In this document: positions 54,377-58,241 of the stretch, piece by piece
Numbering within the stretch: the stretch's first letter is position 1
Layout of the letters: every line of letters starts with the position of its first letter
Assembly (NCBI GenBank): GCA_026991135.1
Contig: JALXCD010000086.1
Location: 1-58,241 of the forward strand
Length of the DNA stretch: 58,241 bases
Source of the DNA: Deltaproteobacteria bacterium
GTDB lineage: Bacteria; Desulfobacterota; Dissulfuribacteria; Dissulfuribacterales; QOAL01
Direction of reading: 5' to 3'
Translations under genes and position numbers: made by a program
Notes under the pieces: model-generated
Seen by the model: the letters and a program-made list of their open reading frames with translations, nothing else
Told to the model about the DNA's origin: nothing
Databases searched by the model: none

Positions 54377-55123
54377 ATGGATTTTTTTATAATCATACCG
54401 GCAAGATATGGTTCAAAGCGGCTTCCTGGGAAACCCCTTCTGGATATTTGTGGAAAACCAATGGTTTTAAGGGTGGTTGAGCGCGCATCCCTTATTCCTG
54501 ATATAAAAGGTCTCTTTGTCGCAACCGATGATGAAAAAATAAAAGAGGTGGTGGAAGACGCAGGCTTTAATGCCATTATGACAAGTAGAGAGCATCCTTC
54601 TGGCACAGACAGGATTTATGAGGCTGCCAAAAAGGTGGGCCTTTCAAAGGAAGATGTTGTGATAAATTGTCAGGGAGATCAGCCGCTTTTAGATATCCTT
54701 TCAGTCCAAAAAATGGTTTCTCTTTTTAAAAGAGAAAAGGATTTTTTAATGACAACTGTTGCAACGCCTATAAATTTTATTGAAGCCCAGGACCCCAACA
54801 GGGTCAAGGTAGTTCTAGATAAGGATTCAAGGGCTCTTTACTTTTCAAGGTCTCCTATACCCTATGACCGGGACCGGGTTTTTGACCCTAAAGAAAGATG
54901 TTATTTGCGACATCTTGGACTTTATTGCTATACCATGGAGCTTTTGGAAAGATTTGTGTCTTGGCCAGTTGGAAGCCTTGAACAGACAGAAAGGCTTGAG
55001 CAGTTAAGGGTGCTGGAAAATGGCTACAAGATTGGAGTTGCCATTATAAAGAATGCGCCAATTGATGTGGATACCATCGAAGACCTTGAAGCCGTAAGGT
55101 CTATTTTTAAAAACATGAAATGA
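54377..55123 (+). CDS. kdsB: 3-deoxy-manno-octulosonate cytidylyltransferase (CMP-KDO synthetase)
   Basis: 248 aa. IIPARYGSKRLPGKPL, HPSGTDR, QGDQPL and LEQLRVLENG motifs. Confidence 0.92.
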   Translation: MDFFIIIPARYGSKRLPGKPLLDICGKPMVLRVVERASLIPDIKGLFVATDDEKIKEVVEDAGFNAIMTSREHPSGTDRIYEAAKKVGLSKEDVVINCQGDQPLLDILSVQKMVSLFKREKDFLMTTVATPINFIEAQDPNRVKVVLDKDSRALYFSRSPIPYDRDRVFDPKERCYLRHLGLYCYTMELLERFVSWPVGSLEQTERLEQLRVLENGYKIGVAIIKNAPIDVDTIEDLEAVRSIFKNMK

Positions 55124-55127
55124 CGGA

Positions 55128-55928
55128 TTAGTCTTTTGGGGCTTCCTTTTTCAATGGAATTTTCTTTCCGAGAAATCTTTTTACAATCTCAGTAGTGTGG
55201 GCTGGAAGGTCAGATACAAAAAATTCATGCTGTGCAGAACTACTTGTTGAAACTCCACCTTCCTTGTCTATGTAATTTTTGACTAGCTTTGAGACTTCCT
55301 TTGATGGATCTACAATTTTTATACCTTTCCCAGCTTTTTGCTTAATGATAGGTTTTAGAAGTGGGTAATGGGTACAGCCAAGGACAAGGGTGTCTATTTG
55401 TTTTTCTTTTAAAGGTCTTAGATATTTCCTAACAATCATCCTTGTTTCCCTACTTTTTAGCCAGCCTTCTTCCACAAGAGGAACAAGAAGGGGGCATGGC
55501 CTTTGAAAGACCTTAGCATCACTTCTTTTTAGCGGAATAAGCCTTTCATAAATGCCGCTGATAATCGTTGCCCTTGTTCCGATAATGCCTATCTTGCCTT
55601 TTTTGCTTAATTTACATGCCTCATTTACTGATGGCGTAACCACTTCAAAGATAGGATAGTCCAATTTTTCCCTCAAAAAATCAGTTGCACAGCTTGCCGC
55701 ACTATGACAGGCGATGACAATTATGGATGCCCCCTTTTTAATCAAAAAATTTGCATCTTCAAGGGCATAACGTTTTAATATTTCAGGGCTTTTTGTTCCA
55801 TAGGGGGTCCTTGCTGTATCACCAAAATATACAATTGGTGCATTAGGTATAAGTTTCAAGACTTCTTTTACAACACTAAATCCCCCAACTCCTGAATCAA
55901 ATATGCCTATCTTTCCAGAAAAAGTCAT
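55128..55928 (-). CDS. murI: Glutamate racemase
   Basis: 266 aa. IGIFDSGVGGFSV, VIACHSA and LGCTHYPLL (the two catalytic Cys contexts). Confidence 0.92.
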   Translation of the reverse strand: MTFSGKIGIFDSGVGGFSVVKEVLKLIPNAPIVYFGDTARTPYGTKSPEILKRYALEDANFLIKKGASIIVIACHSAASCATDFLREKLDYPIFEVVTPSVNEACKLSKKGKIGIIGTRATIISGIYERLIPLKRSDAKVFQRPCPLLVPLVEEGWLKSRETRMIVRKYLRPLKEKQIDTLVLGCTHYPLLKPIIKQKAGKGIKIVDPSKEVSKLVKNYIDKEGGVSTSSSAQHEFFVSDLPAHTTEIVKRFLGKKIPLKKEAPKD

Positions 55929-56018
55929 TTAACCAAATTTAAAAACCTCCCGTTTAATATATGGAAAGGGCTTCATTCTTGTAGTATTAAAAATTAAAAA
56001 AGGCAATAGGAGGAAGAG

Positions 56019-57374
56019 GTGGCTACTCAATGTCTAGTATCCAGCTTTGTTGATGAAATAGAGGAACTAGAAAAGATCAAGACTGAGATAAAGACCCTTG
56101 GAAAATGCACGGTTTCATCACCTTTAATTAGAAAAGACTATTCCTGTTTTGTTGAAGATAGCGATAAGGTCCTTCTTCTAGCCTCAAAAAGAAATATTGA
56201 GCAATTGGTTAAAGAAGGGCATTTGCCGTCCTTTGAGTTGGCTGGTCCACGAAGAAATATCTATTATGACCCTTCAAAGACAAGATGTGCCATAGTTACC
56301 TGTGGAGGACTCTGTCCTGGCATAAATGATGTAATTCGTGCCATAGTCATGACCCTTTTTTATGCATATGGAGTGAAGACTGTTTTGGGAATTAGATTTG
56401 GGTTACGGGGATTTATACCTGAATATGGTCTTGATGTGATGGATTTAAATCCCAACACAGTTGCCAGGATTCATGAATATGGAGGGACAGTTCTAGGCTC
56501 TTCCAGGGGGCCTCAGCCAGTTGAGGAGATTGTTAATGCCCTTGAAAGGATGAACATCTCAATTCTTTTTACCATAGGAGGAGACGGCACATTTAGGGCC
56601 AGCAAAAAGATTGTTGAAGAAATAGAGAAGAGAAACCTGAAGATCGCAGTTGTGGCAGTTCCAAAGACAATTGATAATGACATCTATCTTGTCACAAAGA
56701 CCTTCGGATTTGATACTGCAGTGGAGATGGCATGTCAGGCCATAAGGTGTGCTCATACAGAGGCCATAGGTGCTCCAAATTGTATTGGACTTGTAAAATT
56801 AATGGGAAGATATTCGGGTTTTATTGCTGCAGCAGCTTCTTCTGCCCTTAGAGAAGTAAACTATTGTCTTATCCCTGAAAGTGATTTTGACCTTGAAGGT
56901 GACAAGGGGCTTTTGAGAGAGGTGGAAAAAAGACTGGAAAAAAGGAGCCATGCAGTAATAGTTGTTGCTGAAGGTGCAGGTCAAAAGTTTTTTAAAGACC
57001 AGCCAAAGGAAAAGGATCTTTCAGGCAATATTAAACTTGGAGATATTGGCAAATTTTTAAAGGACAAATTTCTTGAATACTTTTCATCCAAGGGTAAAGA
57101 GGTCTTTATTAGATATATTGATCCAAGCTATATCATTAGGAGTGTCCCGGCCAATGTAGATGACAGTCTTTATTGTGGAAATCTAGGTCAAAATGCAGTC
57201 CATGCTGCAATGGCAGGAAAAACAGATATGATGGTGAGCCTTTGGAATGACAGATATGTTCATATTCCGTTGGATAGCGCAATTCTTAAGAGGAAACAAG
57301 TAAATCTTAAAAGTCGTTTCTGGATGAGTGTCCTAGAATCCACTGGTCAGCCATCCTTAAAAAATGAAAATTAG
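56019..57374 (+). CDS. 6-phosphofructokinase, long (about 450 aa) PFK family member; phosphoryl donor not assignable from motifs
   Basis: GTG start 5 nt after AGGAGG. CGGLCPGINDVIR, TIGGDGT, PKTIDNDI and LMGRYSG motifs. Confidence 0.88.
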   Translation: MATQCLVSSFVDEIEELEKIKTEIKTLGKCTVSSPLIRKDYSCFVEDSDKVLLLASKRNIEQLVKEGHLPSFELAGPRRNIYYDPSKTRCAIVTCGGLCPGINDVIRAIVMTLFYAYGVKTVLGIRFGLRGFIPEYGLDVMDLNPNTVARIHEYGGTVLGSSRGPQPVEEIVNALERMNISILFTIGGDGTFRASKKIVEEIEKRNLKIAVVAVPKTIDNDIYLVTKTFGFDTAVEMACQAIRCAHTEAIGAPNCIGLVKLMGRYSGFIAAAASSALREVNYCLIPESDFDLEGDKGLLREVEKRLEKRSHAVIVVAEGAGQKFFKDQPKEKDLSGNIKLGDIGKFLKDKFLEYFSSKGKEVFIRYIDPSYIIRSVPANVDDSLYCGNLGQNAVHAAMAGKTDMMVSLWNDRYVHIPLDSAILKRKQVNLKSRFWMSVLESTGQPSLKNEN

Positions 57375-57383
57375 GGGGTAGCC

Positions 57384-58241
57384 ATGAATAGATCATTTAT
57401 CAAAAGGATTTTTGGTTATTATTTTGTGCTCTATTTCCTTTGTTTTTTTTGTACCCTTGCAAGTTGCTCATCACCTGAAGAACAAAAGGCAGAACATTAT
57501 AAACGAGGAATGGAGTATGTAAAAAAGAACGATTTTAGGTCAGCAAGGATTGAGTTTAAAAACGTTGTTCAAATCGATCCAAAATATGGGCCTGGTCACT
57601 ATCAGCTTGCCCTTGCCGATCTGAAAATAGGCAATTTCGGAGAAGCCTTATCTGAATTGAGAAAGACAGTAGATGTTGATCCAAAAAACAGGGATGCAAG
57701 AATTAAGCTAATTCAGATTTTACTTCTTGCAAAAAAATATGAAGAGGCCCAGAAGCACATAGATTATCTTCTAAAAGAAAAGCCAAAAGATGTTGAAGCG
57801 CTGATCTTAAAATCTGTCTTATTTACAAAACAAAAAAAGCTTTCAGACGCCTTAAAGGTTCTTGAAGAGGCCAGAAAACTAGACCCCCAAAATAGAAAGG
57901 TCTTTTTAAGTACAGCAAACATCTTAACCCAGCAGAAAAAATTCAAAGAGGCAGAAAAGCTTTTAAAAAAAGCACTTTCAGTGAGCAAAACTTCCAAAGA
58001 GAAGATACAAGTCCAGCTAATGTTGGCAGGTGTTTTGGAAGTTCAGGGGAAATTTGATGAGGCAAAGGCCACTTTGAAAGATGCAGCTAAAAAGGATGTA
58101 GGAGCTGCAATGGCCCTTGTAAAGTTTTACTTTAGGCACAAGTATAAGGGTGAAGCAGATAAGCTCTTGGATGATATTATTAAGAAAAATCCAAAATATG
58201 TTCCTGCTTATGTGGCGAAATCAGACCTTTTGACCTTCGAG
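57384..58241 (+). CDS. TPR-repeat lipoprotein (5' partial, runs off the window)
   Basis: Not in the ORF track because it is open-ended. ATG at 57384 after GGGGGT. The frame is open for 286 codons to the window end. Signal/lipobox FFCTLASC, then repeated TPR-like units (YKRGMEYVKKNDFRSARIEFKNVVQIDPKY...). Confidence 0.72.
   Translation, partial: MNRSFIKRIFGYYFVLYFLCFFCTLASCSSPEEQKAEHYKRGMEYVKKNDFRSARIEFKNVVQIDPKYGPGHYQLALADLKIGNFGEALSELRKTVDVDPKNRDARIKLIQILLLAKKYEEAQKHIDYLLKEKPKDVEALILKSVLFTKQKKLSDALKVLEEARKLDPQNRKVFLSTANILTQQKKFKEAEKLLKKALSVSKTSKEKIQVQLMLAGVLEVQGKFDEAKATLKDAAKKDVGAAMALVKFYFRHKYKGEADKLLDDIIKKNPKYVPAYVAKSDLLTFE

Noticed and set aside
1-58241. A scan for CRISPR repeats, transposase or integrase genes, toxin-antitoxin pairs, restriction-modification or other defence genes, and in-frame TGA (selenocysteine) or frameshift junctions between adjacent same-strand ORFs.
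   Set aside because: None was found by eye. Adjacent ORFs that overlap (12751/13161, 15139/15603, 52921/53514) are in different frames with their own start codons, consistent with translational coupling rather than recoding.

Overview
This is a 58.2-kb, gene-dense chromosomal segment from a low-GC bacterium. I guess an anaerobic, sulfur-associated lineage (Thermodesulfobacteriota- or Nitrospirota-like) from gene content only; this is not verified. I support about 50 CDS. I saw no rRNA, tRNA, CRISPR array, transposase, integrase or prophage genes.

Layout, left to right:
- 0.2-3.0 kb: periplasmic binding protein plus hybrid histidine kinase.
- 3.4-12.7 kb: housekeeping and redox genes (M24 peptidase, tatC, Fe-ADH, a small siroheme sulfite-reductase-like protein, a lipoprotein, a Nudix hydrolase, CoA-disulfide-reductase/rhodanese, a DsbC-like protein, AICAR transformylase).
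- 12.7-15.0 kb: a coupled hypothetical protein and degenerate alpha/beta-hydrolase pair, plus an AmmeMemoRadiSam-type radical SAM enzyme.
- 15.1-25.0 kb: a signalling island with three HDOD-domain proteins. It includes a CheD homologue that has lost its catalytic residues and is translationally coupled to an HDOD protein. It also holds an EndoIII-like protein, an M48/TPR protease and two large histidine kinases.
- 25.3-28.2 kb: yjbQ and cell-wall hydrolases.
- 28.2-34.2 kb: a PaaK-like ligase embedded in a Liv-type ABC transporter cluster.
- 34.3-38.9 kb: a stand-alone glutamate synthase large subunit.
- 38.9-40.8 kb: divergent rpoD and rpsU.
- 40.8-49.9 kb: a seven-gene chemosensory operon, cheY-cheB-cheR-cheA(REC)-cheW-dnaJ-like-mcp(Cache+CZB).
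- 50.0-58.2 kb: ileS, a CDP-alcohol phosphatidyltransferase, rsmI, kdsB, murI, pfk and a partial TPR lipoprotein.

The best candidates for undescribed biology are the dead-CheD/HDOD module within its HDOD-rich neighbourhood, and the J-domain zinc-finger chaperone embedded in the che operon. All functional calls rest on motif reading and remembered family features, not on database searches.
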